A stretch of DNA of 64,000 nucleotides from Escherichia coli (GCF_965641715.1 NZ_OZ282453.1), one strand, 5' to 3'; counted from the first letter of the stretch, positions 44,144 to 55,685 are shown. The notes: a model not told the origin generated them from the letters alone. Translations and numbers: made by a program.

Positions 44144-45030
44144 GCTTTACCTCCAATGGCGTTATCCAGAACGCGCACAAAGTGCATTGCCGAGAGCGTT
44201 GCACCATAAAACCAGACTGCGGGTACGCGCTGAAAGCGTCCGGCGCGGACAAACGGCATGGCCTGCCACAGCGGCGTTGCCATTAGCGCATCCATGTCTT
44301 TGCTGTTGTCGTGATCAAAACAGAGCACATCAACGTCTTTATACGCTGCCAGACGATCGATGCTGACGGCGGTACTGCCCCAGAAGTTGGTTTCCCCTTG
44401 CCAGGCATTTGGGATGCCGTACTCATCAAGAATTTCCTGGAACAAGCTGTTTGGACCGAAGACCAGCATATGGCGCGGATCGATAAGCGTCGTCAGCAAT
44501 AACGGACGCGCACCACGCTTCACAAAGCGGGGTTTCATGCTGCGGATAAAGTCTTCATATTGCGCTAAATGCGTTTCTGCTGCGCTTTGCAGGTTAAGTA
44601 AATCCGCCATTTCCGTCAGCGATTTACGCGCCATCGCCAGCGGCTGTTTGCCGTCGCTGAAGTTAAATCCACGCCCCGGCGCAATACGAGCCAGCATTTC
44701 TGGTGAAGGGCCATATCCTGCCGACCAGACCATAAACGACGGTTTCATTTCGGTCAGCAGTTCGAGGTTAGGTTCTGTACGCAAACCAACGTCAATCACT
44801 GAGTCCGGCAATGGTGGTTCGCTGACCCACAGGCGATAGTTGATGGTATCCGCCACGCCGTAAGGCACGATGCCGAGCGCCAGCAGTAATTCCACCGGCA
44901 ACCACTCCAGCGCCACAATACGATTGGGATCAATAGCCGCCGCGTGGGCGGTATTCATCTGCCATAACAACGGAGAAAGCGCCATCGCCGTTAACAGTCG
45001 ACGGCGCGAAATAAGAGGTAAGCCGCTCAT
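44140..45030 (-). CDS. fhuD: Ferric hydroxamate periplasmic binding protein FhuD
   Basis: 296 aa from MSGLPLISRRRLL... (Tat-like RRR signal); overlaps fhuB start and fhuC stop. Confidence 0.95.
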   Translation of the reverse strand: MSGLPLISRRRLLTAMALSPLLWQMNTAHAAAIDPNRIVALEWLPVELLLALGIVPYGVADTINYRLWVSEPPLPDSVIDVGLRTEPNLELLTEMKPSFMVWSAGYGPSPEMLARIAPGRGFNFSDGKQPLAMARKSLTEMADLLNLQSAAETHLAQYEDFIRSMKPRFVKRGARPLLLTTLIDPRHMLVFGPNSLFQEILDEYGIPNAWQGETNFWGSTAVSIDRLAAYKDVDVLCFDHDNSKDMDALMATPLWQAMPFVRAGRFQRVPAVWFYGATLSAMHFVRVLDNAIGGKA

Positions 45031-45827
45031 CAATAAACAAAACTCACAGGTGCAGCACCTGCCGGATGCGGCAAAATACCCATCGGGATGCCATAAATCA
45101 TTTCGAGGGTTTCGCCGCGCATAATTTCCGCAGGCGTTCCCTGAGCAATCATTTCACCGCCGCGCAGGGCGACCAGATAATCACAGTAGCGTGCCGCCAT
45201 ATTGATATCGTGCAGCACGGCAATGACCGTCAGACCACGTTCCTGACTTAAACGATGCACCAGCGCCAGCACATCAACCTGGTGGGCGATATCCAGCGCC
45301 GAGGTTGGCTCGTCGAGCAACAGACAACGGCTATCCTGCGCCACCAGCATGGCGATCCACGCCCGCTGACGTTCGCCGCCAGAGAGGCTATCGACCAGCC
45401 GATGCGCCAGCGGTTTTAAGCCAACCAGCGAGATAGCTTCCTCAACTTTTTCGCGATCTGCCGCACCAAAGCGCCCTAGTGCGCCATGCCACGGGTAACG
45501 ACCAATCGCCACCAGTTCACGCACGGTCATCCCTTCTGCCGGAGGAAGCTGCTGCGGTAAATAAGCCACTTTGCGGGCAAACGCTTTGCTGCTCCAGCTT
45601 TCCAGCGGCTGGGCATCAAGAAGAATCTCCCCTTCCGACGGCGGCTGATGACGGCCAAGCATTTTGAGCAGAGTGGATTTACCAGAACCGTTGTGACCAA
45701 TCAGACCGGTCACTTTCCCGGCAGGAAAGGTTAACGACAGCGGATGCAAAAGCGTGCGCCCGGGCACACGAAAGGAGATATTACGCAGTGCAAAAGTGGT
45801 ATCGGAATGATTCGTGTATTCCTGCAT
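45030..45827 (-). CDS. fhuC: Ferric hydroxamate ABC transporter ATPase FhuC
   Basis: 265 aa from MQEYTNHSD...; Walker A GHNGSGKST and ABC signature LSGGERQR. Confidence 0.95.
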   Translation of the reverse strand: MQEYTNHSDTTFALRNISFRVPGRTLLHPLSLTFPAGKVTGLIGHNGSGKSTLLKMLGRHQPPSEGEILLDAQPLESWSSKAFARKVAYLPQQLPPAEGMTVRELVAIGRYPWHGALGRFGAADREKVEEAISLVGLKPLAHRLVDSLSGGERQRAWIAMLVAQDSRCLLLDEPTSALDIAHQVDVLALVHRLSQERGLTVIAVLHDINMAARYCDYLVALRGGEMIAQGTPAEIMRGETLEMIYGIPMGILPHPAGAAPVSFVY

Positions 45828-45877
45828 AACAGCCAACTTGTGAAACGGGCACGGAAATCCGTGCCCCAAAAGAGAAA

Positions 45878-47387
45878 TTAGAAACGGAAGGTTGCGGTTG
45901 CAACGACCTGACGTTCTGCGCCCCAGAAGCAGCCATAAGTGTTAAAGCAGCTGGCGACGTATTCACGATCGAACAGGTTGTTGACATGCAGCGCCACGTT
46001 GGAGCCCGCCATGCCGACTCGCGCCAGATCATAACGCACTAACGCATCCACGACCGTATAACTTCCCACTTTAAAGGAGTTAGCCGGATCACCATAGCTG
46101 GAGCCAGTATAACGACCACCGGTGCCCAGCGTCAGACCTGAAAGCGGACCGTCAAAGAAGGTATAGTCAGCCCACAGCGAAGCCATGTGTTTTGGCACCT
46201 GTGCCGGCGTATTGCCTTTATAGGTAGTATCGGTGGTGTATTCCGCATCGGTGTAAGTATAAGAACCGACTACGTTAACACTCGCCGACAGCGCCGCTTT
46301 CGCTTCGATTTCTACGCCACGTGCGCGGATCTCGCCACCTTCAACCGAGAAGAAGGAACCCTCAGGGTCCGCCATCAGGTTGTTGGTTTTAGTGAGATTA
46401 TACACGGCACCAGTAACTACAATCGGACGATCTTCCGGTACATATTTCACGCCGACTTCATACTGCTTACCTTTAGACGGTGCGAAAATATTACCATCCT
46501 TCCCAACTTGCGAAGAAGGTTCAAACGATTCGCTATAGCTGAAGTAAGGTGTTACGCCATTATCAAACAGGTAGTTAACACCACCACGCCAGGTAAACTG
46601 TTTGTCATCGCGTTTATCGGTCGTCGCGGCAACGCGGTTAAGAGATTCTTGATCTGCCCAGTCGTAACGACCGCCCAGGGTGACCAGCACTTTATCCCAC
46701 TGCGCCTGATCCTGAACATAAACGCCCGTTTGTTTCTGCTTATTCAGAATGCGGTAAGGGCCGGAGTTTGCCGGATCTTTGGCATTGAAGTCGAAATCGG
46801 TATTCACCGGATTGTACAGATCGAGCAGCGGTACGGAGTCGTCGTAACCAAACCAAGCGTTGATGTCATTACGCATACGCATAAAGTCGACACCGGTCAG
46901 CAGGGTGTGGTCGATATCGCCAGTGGCAAACTTGCTCTGCAACTGGGTATCAACGGAGAAGTTTTGCAGCTTCTCATCATCAACGACGTATTTACGTGCC
47001 AGATAATGGCCTTTATCCGCTGGCGCTAATGCCGCACACTGTTTGCTGTAAGCATTCGCCGGATCGGAGCAGACGCCGTAACCATAAACGCTGTTTTGCG
47101 AGGTTTTGTTTTCAGCAAAGCGCAGGTTCTGACGCACAGTAAAGGTGTCGTTAAATTCGTGATCGAAGCTGTAGCCCACCATCTTCTCATTACGAGAATA
47201 GGTGTTGTTCTTCGCCCCTTCGTTAAAGTCTGTCGGCAGACGCTTACCGTTCGGCAGCGGCTCAACGGTTCCCTCTTTCGGCAACCAGCCGTAATAACCC
47301 GTTTCCGATGCCGCTAACCGCTGTGGCTACTACAACTGCGATTTTACGCAGTGAGTGTTTTGGCTGAGCAGTTTTGGAACGCGCCAT
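45878..47387 (-). pseudogene. fhuA: fhuA (tonA) ferrichrome TonB-dependent receptor, inactivated by an out-of-frame internal deletion
   Basis: ATG at 47387 encodes MARSKTAQPKHSLRKIAVVVATAVSG (FhuA signal-peptide start) then shifts frame and stops after about 39 codons; a different frame from ~47284 down to 45878 encodes the C-terminal ~468 residues of the FhuA barrel ending ATFRF; junction near 47308. Confidence 0.85.
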
Positions 47388-47410
47388 TGGTATATCTCTG
47401 ATGTAAAGTG

Positions 47411-47452
47411 AATGATAACGTAAACGAGAATGATTATTATAAAGATAAGATA
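47411..47452 (-). promoter_or_regulatory. Fur box / fhuA promoter region
   Basis: gaatgataacgtaaacgagaatgattattataaagataagataat contains overlapping GATAAT/ATCATT hexamers resembling the Fur consensus, directly upstream of the fhuA start. Confidence 0.55.
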
Positions 47453-47561
47453 ATATTCGAAACGCTGGCGGGTTCGCAAGCGGTACGCAATCTGAGCGTT
47501 CCTGAAGGGTTAATAAACAACCAGATGAAAAGAAAGGGTTAATACTTTGGGTGGGATGTTA

Positions 47562-47592
47562 TTTTACCGGATGGCAACTCGCCATCCGGTAT
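47562..47592. repeat. REP-like palindrome downstream of mrcB
   Basis: accggatggc aactc gccatccggt inverted repeat. Confidence 0.45.
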
Positions 47593-47606
47593 TTCACGCT
47601 TAGATG

Positions 47607-50141
47607 TTAATTACTACCAAACATATCCTTAATCCAACCGGCTACACCGTCGCTATCTTTCTGCTCTTGCTGAGCAGGTTGCTGTTGCGGCTGTTGCTGC
47701 GGCTGTGAAGACTGATCAAACGGGTTGCCTGACGGCTGCTGCTGCATCTCACTCTGCTGGCACAGCGATTGCGGATCGCTGGTCCAGACCGGCAAGACAC
47801 GCATGCCACCGCTGCAAACAAAGTTGCCGTCGTAGTCCACGCCCATATCTGCAATATCTTCTGGCGGAACAAGATTCAGCGGCGTTGGCGTCTGGTTAGC
47901 CAGATAACGCTGATAAATCGACATTGCCCCGCTGGCACCATACAGTTTGGTCGGCTGGTTGTTATCACGGCCTACCCAGGTGATGGTCACCGTGCTGCCG
48001 TCAATGCCCGCAAACCAGGTATCTACGTTATTGTTGGTAGTCCCTGTTTTCCCTGCCAGATGCAGGTTCGGGTATTTCGCCCCAAGCTGACGACCCGTAC
48101 CACGTTGTACCACCTGCTGCATGGTCCATAGTGTCAGATACGCCGCCTGCGCCGGAACAGCGCGTTCCGCCTGCGGGAAGCTCTGATACAGCACTTTGCC
48201 ATCTTCCGCGATTACCGAACGCAGCGCAGAAAGCGGTGCACGGTTACCGCCGCTGGCGATGGTCTGGAATGCCTGCGCCACTTCGATTGGCGTTAAGTTC
48301 AACGCCCCCAGCAGCATCGCCGGAACCGGATGCAGCTGATCTTTCGGCACGCCCAGTTTAATCCAGGTATCCGTAACCGCAGGCAGCCCCAGCGCCATCC
48401 CCAGATTTACCGTCGGCACGTTCATCGAACGGGTCAACGCATCCACCAGCATCACTCTGCCGCTTTCGCTATAACGACGGTCATCGTTCTGCGGTGACCA
48501 GACCTGGCCATTCGGCTGACGTAGCGCGATTGGCGCATCCGCAATCCACGTATTCAGACGATAGATTTTCGGCTGGCTTAAGGCCGTCAGATAAGTCGCT
48601 GGTTTTGCAAGGGAACCAATCGAACGACGCGCCTGCATCGCACGGTTGTAGCCCGCAAACTGCGGCTCAGAACCTCCGACCATCGCACGAACTTCACCAC
48701 TAAAGCGGTCGACGACCACAATCGCGGTTTCCAGATCGCTCAGCTTACGCTGTTTCTTAAGTGCCGGAATGCCTTCCACGGCGGCTTTTTCTGCCGCGTC
48801 CTGGGCCACCGAGTCAAAGGTAGTGAAGATCTTCACGCCGGAGAGATCTTTTACCTTATCGCCTAATTTAGCCTGAAGCTCCTGACGCACCAGTTGCATA
48901 AAGGCTGGCTGAGGAGAGATCACCCCACCGCGCGGCTGAACACCCAGCGGACGCGCACTCAACATGTCATAGAGTTCTTGATCAATAATCTGTTGCTGTT
49001 GCAGCAGACGCAGTACCAGATTACGTCGCTCCAGCGCCAGTTTCGGGTTACGCCACGGGTTGTAGATGGACGCTCCTTTCACCATACCGACTAACAGCGC
49101 CTGTTGATCGAGGCTCAATTCTTCTACCGGGCGACCAAAGTAATACAAGCTCGCCAGCGGGAAGCCGCGGATTTCGTTGTCGCCGCTCTGACCGAGATAC
49201 ACCTCGTTCATATACAGCTCAAGAATACGGTCTTTGCTGTAACGCGCGTCCATGATCAGCGCCATGTAAGCTTCGTTCGCTTTACGCCAGTAAGAGCGCT
49301 CGCTGGAGAGGAACAGGTTTTTCACCAGCTGTTGCGTCAGCGTACTCGCCCCCTGCACCGTGCGTCCGGCTGTCAGGTTTGCCAGCACCGCACGTCCGAT
49401 GGAGTAGAGACTGATTCCATCATGCTCGTAGAAATGGCGGTCTTCTGTCGCCAGCAAAGTATCCACCAGCAAATCCGGGAAACCACTGCGCGGCACAAAC
49501 AAACGCTGCTCACCGTTTGGTGAGGAGATCATGGTGATCAGACGCGGATCAAGACGGAAGAAACCGAACTGACGGTTGTTCTCCATATTGACGATCGTCG
49601 CCAAATGATCGCCATCAAAGGTCAGACGCGCGCGCACCTGTCCTTCTTTACTGTCCGGGAAATCAAACGGACGGCGAATCATCTCAATGCTGTTGGCCTG
49701 CACGGTAAATTCGCCAGGACGGGTCATTTTTGACACCTGACGATACTGGGTTGCCTCCAGCAGCTTCACCATTTCGTTCTTGCTGATGGTCATGTCTGGC
49801 TCAAGGTTGACCATTCGACCATAAACTGCCGCAGGCAGTTGCCAGACCTTGCCATCAATACGGCTACGAATTTTTTGATCGAGATAAACGCCGTAAATGG
49901 CGATCAGCACGGCAAAAACGATAGCCAGTTTTAACAGCAGCCATAGCCAGCCGCGTTTGCCACGAGGCTTACGCCCTTTGCCTTTGCCCTTACCTTTGCG
50001 CGGCATCGGTTCTTCATCCTCATAGTCATCATAATCGTCGTAATCATCGTCATCTTCGTAACGACGACGGCTTACCTTTTGTTTGACCGGACGCGTCGGT
50101 TTCCCTTTGCGTCCAATTGGCTCGCGGTCATTCCCGGCCAT
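47607..50141 (-). CDS. mrcB: Penicillin-binding protein 1B (bifunctional glycosyltransferase/transpeptidase)
   Basis: 844 aa from [15 protein letters not shown]...; acidic [15 protein letters not shown] and (KG)n N-terminal tract, TM helix, SxxK transpeptidase domain. Confidence 0.96.
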   Translation of the reverse strand: MAGNDREPIGRKGKPTRPVKQKVSRRRYEDDDDYDDYDDYEDEEPMPRKGKGKGKGRKPRGKRGWLWLLLKLAIVFAVLIAIYGVYLDQKIRSRIDGKVWQLPAAVYGRMVNLEPDMTISKNEMVKLLEATQYRQVSKMTRPGEFTVQANSIEMIRRPFDFPDSKEGQVRARLTFDGDHLATIVNMENNRQFGFFRLDPRLITMISSPNGEQRLFVPRSGFPDLLVDTLLATEDRHFYEHDGISLYSIGRAVLANLTAGRTVQGASTLTQQLVKNLFLSSERSYWRKANEAYMALIMDARYSKDRILELYMNEVYLGQSGDNEIRGFPLASLYYFGRPVEELSLDQQALLVGMVKGASIYNPWRNPKLALERRNLVLRLLQQQQIIDQELYDMLSARPLGVQPRGGVISPQPAFMQLVRQELQAKLGDKVKDLSGVKIFTTFDSVAQDAAEKAAVEGIPALKKQRKLSDLETAIVVVDRFSGEVRAMVGGSEPQFAGYNRAMQARRSIGSLAKPATYLTALSQPKIYRLNTWIADAPIALRQPNGQVWSPQNDDRRYSESGRVMLVDALTRSMNVPTVNLGMALGLPAVTDTWIKLGVPKDQLHPVPAMLLGALNLTPIEVAQAFQTIASGGNRAPLSALRSVIAEDGKVLYQSFPQAERAVPAQAAYLTLWTMQQVVQRGTGRQLGAKYPNLHLAGKTGTTNNNVDTWFAGIDGSTVTITWVGRDNNQPTKLYGASGAMSIYQRYLANQTPTPLNLVPPEDIADMGVDYDGNFVCSGGMRVLPVWTSDPQSLCQQSEMQQQPSGNPFDQSSQPQQQPQQQPAQQEQKDSDGVAGWIKDMFGSN

Positions 50142-50235
50142 GCTTTTTCTCCGCAATATTCAGGCGCAAAAGCCCGATTTTCTGTTCTTCTGTTGCAAGA
50201 CAGAAGAAGATATCTCTCAAAATTTGAGCTCGATC

Positions 50236-50330
50236 GGTCCCCTCTCCCTTAAGGGAGAGGGTTAGGGTGAGGGTGAACGTGCGCGCTGATGCCCTCACCC
50301 CGGCCCTCTCCCACAGGGAGAGGGAGAAAA
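50236..50330. repeat. Box C-type compound palindromic intergenic repeat
   Basis: ccctctccc ttaa gggagaggg; gggtgagggtgaa ... gccctcaccc; ccctctccc aca gggagaggg: three nested inverted repeats in 95 bp between the hrpB stop and mrcB start. Confidence 0.7.
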
Positions 50331-50336
50331 CCAACC

Positions 50337-52766
50337 TTACGAATACTTTTTCGTCCGTCGCGTCGGTGCCGTGTTTGCCGGGTCGTCCGGCCAGACGTGT
50401 TTGGGATAACGCCCTTTCATCTCCTTTTGCACCTCACGATACGCCCCTTTCCAGAAGGCCCCCAAATCACGCGTGATTTGCAGCGGCCTTTGGGCAGGGG
50501 AAAGCAACTCCAGCACCAGCGGCACGCGCCCCTGGGCGATCGTCGGATTGGTGGCCTCACCAAACATCTCCTGCATTCTCACCGCCAGCGCGGGCGGGTT
50601 ATCTTCATGATAACGAATGGCGATCCGGCTTCCCGTCGGCACAGTGTAATGCGCAGGCAATTCACTATCCAGACGTTGCTGCATTCCCCAATCAAGTAAT
50701 CCGCGTAGTGCCTGATAAATGTCGAGTGATTTCAGGCCGCGTAGTGAATGTACACCGGCCATATGTGGCAGCAGCCACGTTTCCAGCGTCGCCAACAAAC
50801 TTTCATCATCAACCGCTGGCCAGTCATATTCTGGCAACCACTTTCCGGCGCATAACAAACGCAAGCGTAGCTGTTCCGCTTCCGCCGTCCAGTTGAGCAC
50901 GCTTAAACCTTTATCACGGATGCCGTTAAGCATCGCCTGATGCAACTCGTCTTCTGACGGTTTCGCCAACGGCTGCACTTTCACCGTCAACTGACCGATT
51001 TGCAGCCGACGCCAGGCTTTCAGCGTACCTTGCGCGTCATCCCATTCCACGGTGTCAGATTGCTGCACCAGCTGCGGACAGCGTCGCACTAATTCATCAA
51101 TATCGACCGGTAGCGCCAGTAAAATCCGCGCATCCGGCGAGGCGCTGCCCTGCAATAATAACGGTGCGATCAACCATTCGTGGCGGCTTAGCGCGTCGTC
51201 GGCATCGAGCATCGCTCCCATGCCGTTTGCCAGTTGATAGCGTCCATCTTGCCCACGGCGGCGAGCAATGCGATCGGCAAACGCCCCGGCAAGTAGCGGC
51301 GCGATAAGCGAACTGTCTGCCTCACCGCCGCGTACGTTTAAGCGTTTTAACAGTTGCTGACTACGTTGCTGCCAGGCTGGTTGATTGCGCGAAAACGCCA
51401 CGCCCAGGTCACTATTGCCCATCCGTGGCGGCTCTTCGAGAATGGCGGCAATTTTTGCCGCGGTAGCAGCTTCGTCGTCGCTCTTTGCGCTAACCAGCAT
51501 TGCCGCTAAACGCGGATCGTTACCCAGCGCTGCCATTTTTTGCCCCTGCGCACTAAGCCGTTCACCGTCCAGCGCCCCCAGCATCTTTAACAGGCGTTTC
51601 GCGGCCAGTAAATTCACTGCTGGCGGTTGATCCAGCCAGCTCATCTGCGCCGGATCGCTGCATCCCCATTGCAGTAATTCCATCAACAAACCGGAAAGAT
51701 CGCTTTGTAATATTTCCGGTTCACTTTGCGCCGCGGCGCGTTCTGCTTGTTCCTTGGCGATTAAATGCAGGCAGATACCCGGCTCCAGACGCCCGGCGCG
51801 CCCGGCACGCTGCGTCATCGACGCCTGACTGATTCGCTGAGTAATCAACCGCGTAAGCCCTGTTCGCGGATCAAAACGCGCCACCCTTTCCTGGGCACAA
51901 TCCACCACCAGACGAATACCTTCGATGGTTAAACTGGTTTCAGCAATATTGGTCGCCAGCACCACTTTGCGCATCCCTTGCGGTGCCGGGAGGATCGCTT
52001 TTCGCTGATCGTTCAGCGACAACGCGCCATACAGCGGGCAGAGCAACACATCACTGCCGATGCGCGAAGCCAGTTGTTCCTGCACACGCTGAATTTCTCC
52101 GACGCCAGGTAAAAATAACAGTAATGATCCACTTTCCTGACGCAGCATTTCGGCGGTGGCAACCGCGACGGCTTCGTCAAAACGCTGATGCGCGGGCAGC
52201 GGTAAATAACGGCGTTCAACCGGAAACGAGCGCCCTTCTGAGATGACGACGGGCGCTTCTGGCAGCATTTGCTGCAAGCGGTCGTTATCCAGCGTAGCCG
52301 ACATAATCAGCAGTTTAAGGTCATCACGCAGACCTTGTTGCACATCGAGTAACAGCGCCAACGCCAAATCCGCCTGCAAGCTGCGCTCATGAAATTCATC
52401 AAGGATCACCAGTCCAACACCGCTCAGTTCCGGGTCACGCTGGATCATCCGCGTCAGCACGCCTTCGGTAACCACTTCCAGGCGGGTATTCGGCCCGACG
52501 CAGTTTTGCGCACGCATCCGGTAGCCAACGGTATCGCCTGGCTTTTCGTTAAGCAGCTCCGCCAGCCGTTGCGCGACGTTACGCGCCGCCAGACGCCGTG
52601 GCTCCAGCAGGATAATTTTCCCGTTAATGCCGGGATGCGCCAGCAGTTGCAGCGGCAGCCAGGTTGATTTCCCGGCCCCGGTCGGCGCACTTAATAATAC
52701 CTGCGGCGCACAATCGAGAGCGGTAAGTAATTCAGGTAAGACGGCAGCAACGGGCAACGACGACAC
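50337..52766 (-). CDS. hrpB: ATP-dependent RNA helicase HrpB (DEAH-box)
   Basis: ORF 50337..52811; probable GTG start giving ~809 aa; Walker A APTGAGKST and DEFH motif. Confidence 0.92.
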   Translation of the reverse strand: MSSLPVAAVLPELLTALDCAPQVLLSAPTGAGKSTWLPLQLLAHPGINGKIILLEPRRLAARNVAQRLAELLNEKPGDTVGYRMRAQNCVGPNTRLEVVTEGVLTRMIQRDPELSGVGLVILDEFHERSLQADLALALLLDVQQGLRDDLKLLIMSATLDNDRLQQMLPEAPVVISEGRSFPVERRYLPLPAHQRFDEAVAVATAEMLRQESGSLLLFLPGVGEIQRVQEQLASRIGSDVLLCPLYGALSLNDQRKAILPAPQGMRKVVLATNIAETSLTIEGIRLVVDCAQERVARFDPRTGLTRLITQRISQASMTQRAGRAGRLEPGICLHLIAKEQAERAAAQSEPEILQSDLSGLLMELLQWGCSDPAQMSWLDQPPAVNLLAAKRLLKMLGALDGERLSAQGQKMAALGNDPRLAAMLVSAKSDDEAATAAKIAAILEEPPRMGNSDLGVAFSRNQPAWQQRSQQLLKRLNVRGGEADSSLIAPLLAGAFADRIARRRGQDGRYQLANGMGAMLDADDALSRHEWLIAPLLLQGSASPDARILLALPVDIDELVRRCPQLVQQSDTVEWDDAQGTLKAWRRLQIGQLTVKVQPLAKPSEDELHQAMLNGIRDKGLSVLNWTAEAEQLRLRLLCAGKWLPEYDWPAVDDESLLATLETWLLPHMAGVHSLRGLKSLDIYQALRGLLDWGMQQRLDSELPAHYTVPTGSRIAIRYHEDNPPALAVRMQEMFGEATNPTIAQGRVPLVLELLSPAQRPLQITRDLGAFWKGAYREVQKEMKGRYPKHVWPDDPANTAPTRRTKKYS

Positions 52767-52839
52767 AAAACGCTCCAGAGGGTTAACATTCTTCGCGCCA
52801 CATTGTAGCATCGCGGTAATTCATAACCGAGTGCCTCAC

Positions 52840-54089
<1,250 letters not shown>

Positions 54090-54266
54090 TAAAGTAAGTA
54101 ACTGGTTAATTTACATTCTGGTCGCGTGCGCAAATACGCTTTTCCTCACACAGTTGTCAAGTGTTACGTTTAGATAATTGCTATCCGGAAAAGCATCTGC
54201 TATTTATAGCGGCCTCATTTTTCCCCCGAACATGGGGATCGATAGTGCGTGTTAAGGAGAAGCAAC

Positions 54267-54722
54267 ATGCAAGAAGGGCAAAACCGTAAAACATCGTCCC
54301 TGAGTATTCTCGCCATCGCTGGGGTGGAACCATATCAGGAGAAGCCGGGCGAAGAGTATATGAATGAAGCCCAGCTGGCGCACTTCCGTCGTATTCTGGA
54401 AGCATGGCGTAATCAACTCAGGGATGAAGTCGATCGCACCGTTACACATATGCAGGATGAAGCAGCCAACTTCCCGGACCCGGTAGACCGTGCAGCCCAG
54501 GAAGAAGAGTTCAGCCTCGAACTGCGTAACCGCGATCGCGAGCGTAAGCTGATCAAAAAGATCGAGAAGACGCTGAAAAAAGTGGAAGACGAAGATTTCG
54601 GCTACTGTGAATCCTGCGGTGTTGAAATTGGTATTCGCCGTCTGGAAGCGCGCCCGACAGCCGATCTGTGCATCGACTGCAAAACGCTGGCTGAAATTCG
54701 CGAAAAACAGATGGCTGGCTAA
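54267..54722 (+). CDS. dksA: RNA polymerase-binding transcription factor DksA
   Basis: 151 aa from [19 protein letters not shown]...; C4 zinc finger [25 protein letters not shown]. Confidence 0.96.
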   Translation: MQEGQNRKTSSLSILAIAGVEPYQEKPGEEYMNEAQLAHFRRILEAWRNQLRDEVDRTVTHMQDEAANFPDPVDRAAQEEEFSLELRNRDRERKLIKKIEKTLKKVEDEDFGYCESCGVEIGIRRLEARPTADLCIDCKTLAEIREKQMAG

Positions 54723-54748
54723 TTACAGCCGTTCCATCACGTTTACCA

Positions 54749-54780
54749 CAGGCGGGAAATGCTCCCGCCTTATTTTTTGT
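54749..54780 (+). terminator. Rho-independent terminator downstream of dksA
   Basis: ggcggga aatgc tcccgcc perfect 7-bp stem followed by ttattttttgt. Confidence 0.8.
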
Positions 54781-54788
54781 TCAAAGAG

Positions 54789-55685
54789 ATGACAGACACA
54801 CACTATATTGGCCGCTTCGCCCCCTCTCCTTCCGGCGAGCTTCATTTTGGTTCTCTGATTGCTGCGCTTGGCAGCTATTTGCAGGCTCGCGCCCGGCAAG
54901 GTCGCTGGCTGGTACGCATAGAAGATATCGACCCGCCTCGTGAAGTTCCCGGTGCCGCAGAAACTATCCTGCGCCAGCTGGAACATTACGGCCTGCACTG
55001 GGACGGCGATGTTCTCTGGCAATCGCAACGTCACCACGCCTATCGCGAAGCACTCGCCTGGTTACATGAGCAAGGACTAAGTTATTACTGCACCTGCACG
55101 CGTGCACGTATTCAAAGCATTGGCGGTATTTACGACGGCCATTGCCGGGAATTGCATCATGGACCAGGCAACGCCGCAGTGCGTATCCGCCAGCAGCATC
55201 CGGTCACCCAGTTTACTGACCTGCTGCGCGGCATTATTCACGCCGACGAAAAACTGGCACGGGAAGATTTTATTATTCATCGCCGTGATGGTTTGTTTGC
55301 CTATAACCTGGCGGTGGTGGTCGATGATCACTTCCAGGGCGTGAGCGAAATTGTCCGCGGGGCAGATTTGATCGAACCGACAGTGCGGCAAATCTCGCTG
55401 TACCAGCTTTTTGGCTGGAAAGTGCCAGATTACATTCATCTGCCGCTGGCGCTTAATCCACAAGGCGCTAAACTTTCCAAGCAGAATCATGCGCCTGCGT
55501 TGCCGAAAGGCGATCCACGCCCGGTACTAATCGCGGCACTTCAATTTCTGGGGCAGCAGGCAGAAGCACACTGGCAGGATTTCAGCGTCGAGCAAATCCT
55601 TCAGTCAGCCGTCAAAAACTGGCGGCTTACCGCAGTGCCTGAGTCGGCAATTGTAAATTCAACATTCTCAAATGCGTCATGCTGA
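54789..55685 (+). CDS. gluQ: Glutamyl-Q tRNA(Asp) synthetase (GluQ-RS, YadB)
   Basis: 298 aa from [23 protein letters not shown]... (class I aaRS HIGH-like motif); the ATG at 54759 lies inside the dksA terminator loop so the start is placed at 54789 behind aaagag SD. Confidence 0.9.
   Translation: MTDTHYIGRFAPSPSGELHFGSLIAALGSYLQARARQGRWLVRIEDIDPPREVPGAAETILRQLEHYGLHWDGDVLWQSQRHHAYREALAWLHEQGLSYYCTCTRARIQSIGGIYDGHCRELHHGPGNAAVRIRQQHPVTQFTDLLRGIIHADEKLAREDFIIHRRDGLFAYNLAVVVDDHFQGVSEIVRGADLIEPTVRQISLYQLFGWKVPDYIHLPLALNPQGAKLSKQNHAPALPKGDPRPVLIAALQFLGQQAEAHWQDFSVEQILQSAVKNWRLTAVPESAIVNSTFSNASC

Noticed and set aside
46187-47029. 280-aa ORF on the + strand
   Set aside because: Antisense to the fhuA barrel-coding remnant; no independent evidence of coding.
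45878-47284. Apparent intact 468-aa fhuA ORF beginning with Met
   Set aside because: The 'M' is a TTG called as an alternative start by the ORF tool; natively this is an internal Leu codon of FhuA, and the true fhuA ATG (47387) is out of frame with it. Treated as a pseudogene fragment, not a functional truncated receptor.
50128-50476. Two small ORFs (68 and 69 aa) across the hrpB-mrcB spacer
   Set aside because: They are translations of the Box C palindromic repeat (Gly/Glu/Arg-rich, mirror-image peptides on both strands); repeat artefact.
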